DNA of 56,242 nucleotides, from assembly GCA_032718475.1 (NCBI GenBank), contig JAUCBJ010000819.1, forward strand, positions 1 through 56,242, given 5' to 3'. A program made the translations under genes and the position numbers. Below the pieces are notes generated by a model. That model made no database searches, was not told the origin of the DNA, and saw only the letters and a program-made list of their open reading frames with translations. This document shows positions 37,701 through 46,091 of the stretch, one piece after another. The stretch is from Nemertoderma westbladi. Taxonomy: Eukaryota > Animalia > Xenacoelomorpha. How positions within the stretch are numbered: position 1 is the first letter of the stretch; each line of letters begins with the position of its first letter.

Positions 37701-40308
37701 CGACACGCTTGAATTCAAGACATTCGTAGCTAACCGTCGCGCAGAAATTCTAGATCGTTCAATAAAAGAGGATTGGCGACATTGTCCCGGACCACAAAAC
37801 CTAGCTGATATTGCGTCGCGAGGAATGATGCCTGAGGAATTCTGTAAACCGGAGAACAAAGAATTTTGGCAACACGGACCCCAGTTCTTGCAGAAATCGA
37901 CACAAGATTGGCCTCCGTTATACGACAACAAGTCTAACACCATCCCTAAGGACGCCGAAATCAAGAAACCAAAAAAGGGGAAGACAAAGAAAAAGACAAC
38001 GGCGGTCAAACTCAAGAAAAAACCGAAGGCGAAATGGAAAGATATAACTTCAAAGGTCAAGAGAGGAAGACTTGCGAGCCTTTCTACACCAGACATATCG
38101 CCAGACGGTCAACCAGACACGTTACTAGACGGTCAACCAGACGTTTTGCCAGACATATCACAAAATGTTCTACCAGACACTAGTGACATACTGACAAATA
38201 GTAAAGCCGCAGTTTCCCTATTGGAGCGGCCTTCTATCGACAAACAACCAGATACGTTACCAGACGTATCGCCAGACACATTACTAGACAGTCGACTAGA
38301 CATTTTGTCAGAAACATCACAAAATGTTCTACCGGACATTAGTAATGTATTGACAAACAGTAAAGCCGCAGTTTCCCTATTGGAGCGGCCTTGTATTGAA
38401 AAACTACCAATTTTGACACACTTGAGCAACCATAAGCACGGTGAAACCTCATGTATTACAGATGTGGGTAGTACCTACGCTAATGTAAATACAGGTGTTA
38501 CTTTGCGCTCAAGAGACATACCAAACTTGCAACCTATGGTGAGACCTGGGATTAATGTCGGCAGAAAATTAAGTTTACCGAAACCTGCTGACCCCATAGA
38601 GTTCAAACCACCATTAACGATCGACTTACAAAGTACTGACGATCAAGGTAAGAAGACGAAGAAGGACAAATTACTTGTAGACCCGGACGGATCAACAGTC
38701 AACAAGGGAATACTTACCGGCGGACCCGTGGGCCCTTCTAGTAATTCAAAACCTTCCAAAATCTCCATTGACTTACCTGATGACGTCACAAATACTTACG
38801 TCGACCGTATTGTAAACCTAACAGATTCTTGGTCAAACGCTTGCCGAAAATTAGCGTGGATTGTACGTTTTGTACAATACGTTAAAGGCAAACGTGACTT
38901 TACACGTCGACTTACATTGGCTGAGATTGACAGGTGTGAGATTAAATTAATTCGCCATTACCAACTGCGATATTTCGCGCGCGAATTCACATCTATAAAT
39001 CAAGGTCAACCAATCAAGTCGTCACCAATACTGAGTTGGAGTCCGATTATTTATAATGGCTTAATTTGTCATAAATCACGGCTTCAAAACATTGACTTTA
39101 ACACAAACTTTAGGTACCCAATAATAATACCGCAACACCACGAACTACAACATGCAATGATACTGGACGCACATCTACATCTGAAACACGCTGGAAGACA
39201 CCACTGTCTTTCCTACTTACGTACTAGATTTGTATTAATTAGACCCAGTAAAGCATTAAGTTCAGTGACACGTACGTGTATTATTTGTAAAAAGGTACAT
39301 TCTAGAATAGGTACCCAAGAAATGAGTGAACTACCACAAGCACGACTTCAAGCATTCAGACCACCTTTTACAGAGACTGGAATTGATTGCTTTGGTCCCA
39401 TACATACGAAACGTGGACGCATACTAGTAAAACGCTGGGGACTGATTTTCACATGTATGTCCAGTAGGGCAGTTCATATTGAACGTGTGATGGATCTTTC
39501 CACCAACGCGTTTATACTAGCACTGCGGCGATTTATCGCCAGACGCGGACTAGTGAAATGCTTGTACTCAGACCAAGGGACAAACTTTGTTGGTGCTCGG
39601 AATGAGATTGCTAGAGCCTTTAAGAAATTAGATCATGATCAAATCTCGAACGAACTACAACCTCACAAGATTGTTTGGAAGTTTAATCCTCCAGATAGTC
39701 CTTGGAGAGGCGGAGTCTGGGAGAGATTGATTAGATCTATAAAGACGGCAATGGCAAAGGTCATTCCAGTAAACCACATACTGACAGACGACCAACTGAC
39801 AACACTGTTTGTTGAAATCGAGGCAATACTAAATACTAGACCAATAGTATTAGTACCCGATGACAAACAATCTCAGTTCGCTTTGACACCGGCACACCTG
39901 CTAATGCAGGCACCGACGACTTTGATGCCTATTTCTATTCCAATAGAAAGCGACAGCTACGGTAGAAAAGCGTGGAAAATCACGCAACTACTGGCTAACA
40001 AATTCTGGGAAATATGGCAAAACCATTATTTGCCCTCTATTTCTGCCAGAACAACTTGGTACAATAACACCCGCGCATTAAAGCCGGGAGATCACGTGCT
40101 GTTAGCGGAAGTGAATCTAAAAAGACGCTTCTGGATAACAGGTGTCATTTTAGCCACACATCCATCTATGGATGGAGTGACAAGAACTGTGACAGTACGG
40201 ACAATTGACGGTCGTACAGTTGACAGACCGACTCAACGTCTCGTACTTCTTGAAGAGACTCGTAACGAGTCTGGAGACTACAAATCTCCACCTAATACTA
40301 GTAAATAA
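31729..40308 (+). CDS. gag-pol: Bel/Pao Gag-Pol polyprotein, 2859 aa
   Basis: Gag core PPKFSG..W..F / EKFNYLL..L.GEP; three Cys/His knuckles; protease AILDSAS; RT YLPHH..KVRVV and FYVDD; RNase H LHCFSDAS, YWTD, NLADIASRG; integrase HHCC, GIDCFGP, SDQGTNF, GGVWERLI. Confidence 0.98.
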   Translation: MSDKQDYTKNTQTDYDSCDADKSAAEEQQGKTREPTEPTPCASPVHPTGVPDAVVRGDGRTEDFLTVPQPRYRETDMVSSAGSQESVVRSVGGYMAHITRSIGEGQRILDGLTAPMSRFEFYTLQVRVQSKVYKSVDNLVGLQDLARQRQDMDTQLRILGKLMIAREKLIQFKSTIRRIQQEQADQLLGESVSDELLQPEEEQELYRLDGQLKHLTDHLRMCGEDVGDLETVPEYTRETSPVRIESAPGMLDQSLVSIRSEIGEISIVTSEISRQQQQHDRQQREAEEQAQLLTAQAAVEEEKLRVANVARISHLQEQAELEAAEMERLELDIAQQAAAAELARQRLVSEARAEMKKRQIKAQSAIRQAEFEAQQQQTEQREKEVKLHFELGKKARELANAKEDLDLQARDRSMRSRDGHDLDQIEVRHRQIQERKKEGSVGAPGRERQLVKDLCQRFPQVTHMFAPVTTKEPVSIAGSSNISPIHGATEHRFVIPDEFTPPRATSSPIPKVKVSNPPITDRSSLLVEPALLTTKQVSPPSTPKPVTHYAYPMTFRPTRPVVSNAVIRPPINQFASQSTTSRKTCEPTEQRRTVETRPFNQFTSQSTTSRKTCEPTEQRRSVDDVPKRNVRIRTTQRTRARQPPYPDDSSTSSESDYPKREVFRTGAADEYKRERSDNSFADNPPQNTPTQKALQPTDAISTQQFADILRPVVNKLAQIEERLEEVQTDSSRNSEFEHNRHPKEPQRPVPSNPTSYQGKAPRRDINQRTNQGRETLNVAEEIAKFAARQGLPVQQPPKFSGSSKHWHTFVDYIESQIAVCAFTSREKFNYLLQTLSGEPKRLAETFVGVPDAFELAYDRLTSIYGGTVSMARSVIEELCKGGAITKPVDLLKLADEIKNAITTLKSIGQLDYGNTPTVLLKIIGRLHHRLRREWRKVEYQREERGGFLKLEDVYLLISREAVVETRSNYTDQHIVAEGITLPSSNRQKPQTTSTKTATYTTPTESRQFSDGSRVSAPIGTKQTRQQLGTDFSGCQYCEHLGKRYIGHKFRGCRQFRELNSEERRLQIRPLDSCWRCTRHGHVRKDCPNTDTCPSCGRNHDGLLHTDSHTPTKRFAREHPEAAARCDAAYRKRESKTTPTFVTHIEDCFSEQSGSSDEESEDDDEYSNGDEQPSIALLTTDQLKGFSVIPIKVTGTKGSKRIYAILDSASSHSYVDEKIADVVTDLKQGKHVSYTVSSMHGQRAIPVTRVKLNLDSLLPKSQHSERERSLLPFRDLTFAATKDFSNLLGPVPEQSLEDRKYFRHLGVPECPVNYRSVAMLIGTDQFNLHQVWETRPSAVVAGNAYACRTPIGWYTRAPVRTLDVSDEEDDVQSTCSLLTTNSIHSFSHDVNHTTLQSTKHNRRVTSMISHKEQLIHKVSLELGEKTSQLEIPSTTDDRLASLPTPTTSTMPVDIDDDALRNHQMEQAALDKELTEKTIRWLEQDTAEPGSYEPCMSEQEKQSLKIMEDTIHQTKDGHYEVGMLWRSQSPKLINNYPLALRRLHSIRQRLLKDEKAHLQYNTQMETYLTKGYAIRMTNPEIVTDQTYYLPHHYVRHPDKPDKVRVVNDCAALFEGMSLNSELMDGPNMNNYLMGVIMRFRQRQVAFTCDVEAMFHQVRALERDRDSLRFLWYPEGDLSLPPATYQMQVRVFGARDSPNCTMYALKQAARDQKHLYDPEIIKIVERDFYVDDGLQSCDTVERATTVAHQLRDCLAGGGFNLTKFASNSAELVDSFGTTERGGGDIDLEFEPLPTTKVLGLFWDPNTDNFRVKVRLDSQENTLTKRSCLSKLSRLFDPLGFISPVILQARIYMRSIWKDGLTWDEPISSDQVDLWKTWEAELSSLEDYSIPRVYFPLQSTFPDNLELHCFSDASDNGFGVVAYLRRQVDSDEFDVSLITSKAKTMPTKYMTTPRAELQAATLSTTIVNLIQTELQSSLQIFYWTDATLVLFYINNDTLEFKTFVANRRAEILDRSIKEDWRHCPGPQNLADIASRGMMPEEFCKPENKEFWQHGPQFLQKSTQDWPPLYDNKSNTIPKDAEIKKPKKGKTKKKTTAVKLKKKPKAKWKDITSKVKRGRLASLSTPDISPDGQPDTLLDGQPDVLPDISQNVLPDTSDILTNSKAAVSLLERPSIDKQPDTLPDVSPDTLLDSRLDILSETSQNVLPDISNVLTNSKAAVSLLERPCIEKLPILTHLSNHKHGETSCITDVGSTYANVNTGVTLRSRDIPNLQPMVRPGINVGRKLSLPKPADPIEFKPPLTIDLQSTDDQGKKTKKDKLLVDPDGSTVNKGILTGGPVGPSSNSKPSKISIDLPDDVTNTYVDRIVNLTDSWSNACRKLAWIVRFVQYVKGKRDFTRRLTLAEIDRCEIKLIRHYQLRYFAREFTSINQGQPIKSSPILSWSPIIYNGLICHKSRLQNIDFNTNFRYPIIIPQHHELQHAMILDAHLHLKHAGRHHCLSYLRTRFVLIRPSKALSSVTRTCIICKKVHSRIGTQEMSELPQARLQAFRPPFTETGIDCFGPIHTKRGRILVKRWGLIFTCMSSRAVHIERVMDLSTNAFILALRRFIARRGLVKCLYSDQGTNFVGARNEIARAFKKLDHDQISNELQPHKIVWKFNPPDSPWRGGVWERLIRSIKTAMAKVIPVNHILTDDQLTTLFVEIEAILNTRPIVLVPDDKQSQFALTPAHLLMQAPTTLMPISIPIESDSYGRKAWKITQLLANKFWEIWQNHYLPSISARTTWYNNTRALKPGDHVLLAEVNLKRRFWITGVILATHPSMDGVTRTVTVRTIDGRTVDRPTQRLVLLEETRNESGDYKSPPNTSK

Positions 40309-40974
40309 TTAGGAGTTTACAAATAGATTTCCACGTACCTGTACACTGTAGTAAGGACAGCGGTAGAATTCCATTGTCTTTATATGTGAACATTGAGGGT
40401 AGTACCCTTATGTGTCACATAGGAGCGGGATTTGTAGGTATAAGAAATGGAATTCTACTTGGAACTCACAATATTGAGACATTTTCGAAATTTTAGACAA
40501 TCCATTTGGATTTGAAAAATTTTTAAAAAATTTTCTCCAGTGAATAGATTTCAGGGTACAGTCGGGTGGAACTTAAAATTAGAGAAACAAGAGAGGAAGA
40601 CTTGCGAGCCTTTCTTAAAATTTTAATTAAATTTTACACGGTCTTGTTTCAATAAGTTACATCAAATAAATAGACTCCCCTATATTTATTACTAATTCTT
40701 GACTGCTTATTTTCTGATAATAGTTTGGGATCAAAAAGTGAGTATTTTAGACTCACAGCCAGTTTAGCCCAAATTCGTTTTTTATTTCGGCAAAAAATTT
40801 TAGATAAGAAGCAGCGTGTCATTAAAGAAACCTTAGATCTTAGGCTATGGGTAGGAGGTTAGAGCGTTGTCGAAGCCCAAAAGGCAGACGAAACTCTCAC
40901 GTCTCCTCACAACTAACCACAAACTCTGTTGTATTCCCTCTAGTAGTAATGATTATGTAACTACACCTCTAATT

Positions 40975-41157
40975 ATGGAGAAAGGGATACAAGGAGAGCC
41001 GAGATGGGGATATGATATTCAAGAGGAAGCGGCAGCTTCATTCGAAAGATTTGGAGCTAAAGATTACACTATATTTGGAATAAAGGAATTATCAGAAAGT
41101 ACAGCGAAACTCGCAAACACTAAATATGACACGACGTATCGTGGAGATTACGGATGA
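40975..41157 (+). CDS. Small 60-aa ORF overlapping the start of the zinc-knuckle ORF
   Basis: ATG at 40975 (MEKGIQGEPRWGYDIQEE...); overlaps 41126 by 32 nt in another frame; no recognisable motif. Confidence 0.3.
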   Translation: MEKGIQGEPRWGYDIQEEAAASFERFGAKDYTIFGIKELSESTAKLANTKYDTTYRGDYG

Positions 41158-42184
41158 ATCACGGCAGACGCGCGCGCCTATCGGTCACCTTGGTGATGAT
41201 TTCGAAGTAACTACTACGATCGCCGACGATCCTTTAGAGGAACTTCTTGAGATAGAAAGGAACCTCCCGAAGAAATCTCAGACGGAGATTCGACAACTTG
41301 AAGCAACAGATGCTATAGTTTGTATACAACCTTCAGAAACCTACCAACCCATAGACCCAGATGATTACGATTATAGTATGGGAGGAAGCGCTCGACCGAT
41401 TGGGGATCTTATATACGAACGAGTATGGTACCCTGCCAATACGATGTGTAGTAAATGTGGCGTCGCTGGACATCATATGGCAAAGTGCAGTGGAAAGCAC
41501 ATTACTACGACTCAGCTAATCTGTGGATGGTGTGGGGATCAAGGGTCTCATACCTTTTATACTTGCTGGAGATTTATGGCTCAATGTACTTACTGCAATA
41601 TAAAAGGACATCGAGCATCTGAATGCCAACTAAGAGACATACCTTATGAACACGAATCTGTAAAACTCGTGAGGAAATTATTTGACGAGTGGGAAGATTT
41701 AGCCGACGAACATGTATCAGCACAAAGAAGACGGTTTCCGATGAGAGCGCATCTCGGATTTTGGGCGGTAAATCCTCAAACGATGATGTCGGAAGGATAT
41801 ATCTCCGCTATGCCCCAATATGACGAACTTATCGAGGTTGTCGATATTTTGCCCCACGACAGCGGATTCCGAGTGGTGCGCGAGTATCTGTTACAAATTC
41901 ACCCGGATAACAAAAACACATGGAATTTTCAGAAAGTCGTTAATCGGATTACGTATGGTGAATTCGATCGTTTCCGAACTGAAAAGCGGAACAAGGGAGC
42001 TTGGTTAACCGTCGCATGGGCGTACCGAGCCGCGTTTTACCACAAACGTATACGAGCGAGCGTATTCGAGGAAGAGGAGGTCCTAGAGGCGACAAATATA
42101 CCAGCCACTCCGGTTGCGCCGTCTGCACGTCACCCTCGGGAGGACGGACAGGGTAGGATCATACGGGTCCAGAAAGTGGGCTAA
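41126..42184 (+). CDS. Accessory triple CCHC zinc-knuckle protein of element C, 352 aa
   Basis: Acidic N-terminus; CSKCGVAGHHMAKC, CGWCGDQGSHTFYTC, CTYCNIKGHRASEC; then FDEWEDLAD...RR...LGFW. No obvious signal peptide or TM segment. Confidence 0.85.
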   Translation: MTRRIVEITDESRQTRAPIGHLGDDFEVTTTIADDPLEELLEIERNLPKKSQTEIRQLEATDAIVCIQPSETYQPIDPDDYDYSMGGSARPIGDLIYERVWYPANTMCSKCGVAGHHMAKCSGKHITTTQLICGWCGDQGSHTFYTCWRFMAQCTYCNIKGHRASECQLRDIPYEHESVKLVRKLFDEWEDLADEHVSAQRRRFPMRAHLGFWAVNPQTMMSEGYISAMPQYDELIEVVDILPHDSGFRVVREYLLQIHPDNKNTWNFQKVVNRITYGEFDRFRTEKRNKGAWLTVAWAYRAAFYHKRIRASVFEEEEVLEATNIPATPVAPSARHPREDGQGRIIRVQKVG

Positions 42185-42577
42185 CAATTGAAGAAAATTA
42201 TTAATGTAGAAGAACGCAAGGGAGTTGAGCCGACTATTCGAGTTACTCGGGATACGGTATCGCTTCCAAGAGAACCAGTAGGAGGGTCGGGACATACACC
42301 AGCTGATCAACAGGGGGCGCAAGCTACTCTTGGGTCTGCGTCGTCCGCTTCTCGCGCGTTCCCAGACGTTCTACCAACTGTAGTGACAACTGATCGGTCA
42401 CGAGGAATCGGTCGAGGTTTTGGGATGCCAAATAGACGAATTTGCGAGGAAATAGTCGCACCGTCTCTCAACGTCCAAACGAAACCAGTGACTCGCCCCA
42501 CGAGTCCCATATCGCGAGCAAAGTCACCTGTGCGCAGTTTTCGAGGACGCGGCAGGGCTCGATCAACTAAGCGATAA
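42185..42577 (+). CDS. In-frame 130-aa Arg-rich extension behind TAA-CAA-TTG (possible readthrough domain)
   Basis: Same frame as 41126; ends RSFRGRGRARSTKR*. Confidence 0.5.
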   Translation, partial: QLKKIINVEERKGVEPTIRVTRDTVSLPREPVGGSGHTPADQQGAQATLGSASSASRAFPDVLPTVVTTDRSRGIGRGFGMPNRRICEEIVAPSLNVQTKPVTRPTSPISRAKSPVRSFRGRGRARSTKR

Positions 42578-42679
42578 AAGGGAGGGCAAGGGTGGACGGA
42601 GGACTCGTGAGCCTTTCTTGTGAATTTGTGATTTATTTGAATTATATGTTTTATATTTAGAAAGTTTTGTATTCTGGAA

Positions 42680-42945
42680 AAGACTCATATTTAGTAAAAC
42701 TTATATTTAGTAAAACTTATATTTTATATTTGTGCTTATTCCGAACTTATGCAATTTATATTATTCCGAACTTATGAAATTTAGAAATAAGAACTTATAT
42801 TTTAGTAAAACTTATATTTAGTAAGACTTATATTTGTAAGAATTTATATTTTATATTTGTGATTATTCCGAACTTATGCAATTTATATTATTCCGAACTT
42901 ATGCAATTTATATTGTTCCGAATATTATGCAACTTATATCTTATA
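42680..42945. repeat. AT-rich tandem repeats in the 3' UTR of element C
   Basis: ttatatttagtaaaac and ttattccgaacttatgcaatttata units. Confidence 0.8.
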
Positions 42946-43251
42946 AGCAGTATTTGTATTTACAGTGAAACAGAAATATTTGTAATTGTTTGAATTTATG
43001 CAATATTGAGATGCAATAGATTTATATTGGTGAATTTAATTTAGATTTATATTGTACTTACTTAGTAAAGCCTTAAATACGTAAAGTTTGAATTTGTAAT
43101 TATTTTGTATCGAATCATTACGTAAAAAGGAAGTATTGTTTGAAATTTAATTGTAAATATGTAAGTACGCCCTAAGTATTCTATAGTTTGATTGATTATT
43201 GGTGAAAACCGTATATTTTATGCACGATAATATCCTGTTTTCATGGAGCGG

Positions 43252-45156
43252 TATAGAATTATATTCCCTAAATGCCGTGGATTTTCAAAATTTTATTTTA
43301 TTCGGATTAACTTTGTAAAGATTGCTTTGAGTTCTCATTCGTATTGGTTCTATCATTTGTACATCTATCGGTCAAGTGGTTCAGTAGCTCAGTCGGTAGA
43401 GCGTTGGAAATTATATGTGTAGTAGGTATTGAGTTCGAATCCTAGTAAGTGCGAATTATTTTTTGTACAGAATTTCAACTCATTTAAATTAACCGCTACA
43501 AATTAATTGCATTTATCTGTACCAATGAGACTGTAGTTATTTGATTGTAACCAATGTCGTGCAAGTTATATATTAGCTGGACCAATAGCTATCTTTAAAA
43601 CCTTGTTAGAACCCATAGAACAATCGAGAATTTTCTCGATTGATTGCGGCACAAATTTGCTATATAAAGGTGCGATTTGTTCATTAGTTATTCCATTTTC
43701 TTATTCTCTCAGTTATTCAGTTATTCAGTTATCTGATATTTGTTTATTCTGTCATTAGTTTTCAGATTACATTGTATTATAATTATATCTTCTGTAATAA
43801 AGTCAGAATTATCGCTAATCTGCTTTTCCTATCTGTTTTACTATGATTCACCACGGTGAACCCAACTAAGGGACAGGATGGCAGGCTAGAGATCGGGCCG
43901 CAGCAATGAACGGGAACATCACCGGAATGTAGACGAGAGACAACCCGCAATACCATCTAGAGTTATTCGCCCATCGCCTGAAAGGTTAGACAGCGTTCGA
44001 TCCTTGCTACCTAAGTGTAAGACCAAAAGATCAAAAGGTAGACGTAGTGACACGCTGTAAGCCTAAAATTACATCTAAGGGACTGTACTGTCTTGATTCA
44101 GGAAAAACCGCAGTAGACCTTCATATTCCTACGGGAGGGAGAGAGAGCAGAGATACTAGTACGCAGATAGGACGTAGGCACACCGGTACGAAGCATACAA
44201 ATTGGTTAGGGTGCAGCAAACTGTACGCTTAACTCTTGCTAAGTACAGGTGCGTCTGTGACTATTTGCCGTACAACGGTGTCCAGTGCATTAGAACTTGT
44301 AGGCTAGGGGGGTTGCTGTGTTTTCACCTGAATTAGGATTGTACCGTTCAGGCGGTAGGGCAGTTTACGTACTAGGCGCAAATAAATTGAGGCTATTAGG
44401 GATACTAACATCTACCGTGTCCCCGCCAACGCCCTGATAGGAAGTTACCTGGACTACCTGGGTGACTAAAATTCTAGATAGGACGCCAGGATAGCTATTA
44501 GTAACTGTACGCCTACAGTAGTAAACTAACACATCTCTTCTTAGTATCAGGGACCTGGTACCTAAAATTGCCGAATTCTGGGCGTAGTATTAACCTTATG
44601 CCTGAATTTGAGTCCTGGAAATACGCAAGAGGGGAAGGAACCCTATCATTCGTGAGTATTGGACCTACAAGTTACAAAATTAGAATATTCGTAAAATGCA
44701 CACCGTACCCAGTAATTATATATGTGAAGGAGCAAAACTGCTTTTGACCGTTCAGAATTAACACACGCGCGTTAGAAATTATTTACACCTCAAAATATAT
44801 AAAATTAACTTTCGTCCTTACTGCACTTTGCTCGCTAGTTAGACATCTCCAAATCTCTGCCTGTACCTAGCTAGCGTCTCTTCGCCCAACCATATAAATC
44901 ACACCGCGGCAAAGTATACGAGCCCCTTAGTCCGTCAGCGAGTCAGCCTGATTTTAGGATTCGCTGCGCGGGATTTTGTTTTATCGAAGTTTGTCTGCTC
45001 GTAGACTGTTTTCTGCCTCACCGGTTATAAGAGATCGATACTGCAATATATTCGCTTACTTAGAGTTTACTGTTTTGGTGAGAAGGTCGGATTTATGATT
45101 TGATTCACAAACTTTACAGTAGGATATTGCAGGTATTGTTGCTGTCTCTTCGAATA
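43252..45156 (+). repeat. 3' LTR of element C (1905 bp)
   Basis: Matches the 5' LTR apart from an extra ttattcag and about 11 substitutions (counted by eye); preceded by a short purine-rich ggagcgg. Confidence 0.95.
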
Positions 45157-45314
45157 TTAAGTTTTAAGCAAAAGCTTGTGAAACGGCTCCCCCCAGCATT
45201 AAGTTGTGGGATTTCCAGGCTAGGTTTTTAGTATTAATTTAAGTAATGTTGTTTAGTCACGCACACAGTAGGCATAGATACAGTAGTAAAAACAATAAAT
45301 AATTTCTTACTTAC

Positions 45315-45401
45315 CTGCACAAATTATTTTATCATTTATAGACAGTGGCGTGTATCCCATCCGGCATTCTGTTGTTTCAACACATGGTGAACATACAGAG
45401 G
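45315..45401 (-). CDS. Host gene exon, Cys-rich/EGF-like
   Basis: cag/gtaagt; ASVCSPCVETTECRMGYTPLSINDKIICA. Confidence 0.85.
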
Positions 45402-45958
45402 CTGAAAATGTAATCTTTTTTATGATGAGAAAATTTGGAAAATTTACAAAAAAAAATTGTATATTAAGAAATTAATTTGTTTATCAAAATATAAAATTAA
45501 CATGGTAATGAAAACGGCGATCTCAACTTAGTCATTTCGCCTTAACTGTTGCAGGTCCAGAGAAACATGAATTGAAAGAACAGATTTAAATTTTAAAAAT
45601 CACTGAGAATTTACATATTAAGACTTATATTAATTAATCATAGATATATATATATATATAACTCGCTGAATATTAATTCATTCGCAGACTACCTCGATAG
45701 ATAGATGATGAATGATAATTGTCATTGCATTTCCTTATGCCATCCTTGTATTTTTCCAAATATGTAATGTTGTAGCAATTTTGACAAATTTCACCAATTT
45801 ATTAATATTCGTAATTTCTTAACCAACATATATTTGAATTATACAGTAATAATAATAATTTTGAATCTTTTCCCATATCATGGAGAACTTTGATACTTCA
45901 TGCCCATTTTACTATAAATCATCAGTCTAATGTGATATAATGTGATTATAATAACTAC

Positions 45959-46091
45959 CTGGTTGACCCATGCAAACAGCCTTGTGCGATGCGTCACAAT
46001 CATCAAATTTTATTGCACCTCCATGAATATACCCACAATCTTTATTATTACTGTTACTTTCCATATTAATCAAATTGTACGGAATCTCAAC
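45959..46091 (-). CDS. Host gene exon, C-type lectin domain C-terminal part
   Basis: tag/gtagtt; ...NKDCGYIHGGAIKFDDCDASHKAVCMGQP. Confidence 0.9.

Larger units (their letters stand above)
29022..45156 (+). mobile_element. Full-length Bel/Pao LTR retrotransposon (element C), 16.1 kb, intronic and antisense to the host gene
   Basis: Two ~99% identical direct repeats; TSD TTAAG at 29017-29021 and 45157-45161; intact Gag-PR-RT-RH-IN ORF. Confidence 0.97.

Noticed and set aside
41126-42577. env gene interpretation
   Set aside because: No obvious signal peptide or transmembrane helix; zinc knuckles instead.
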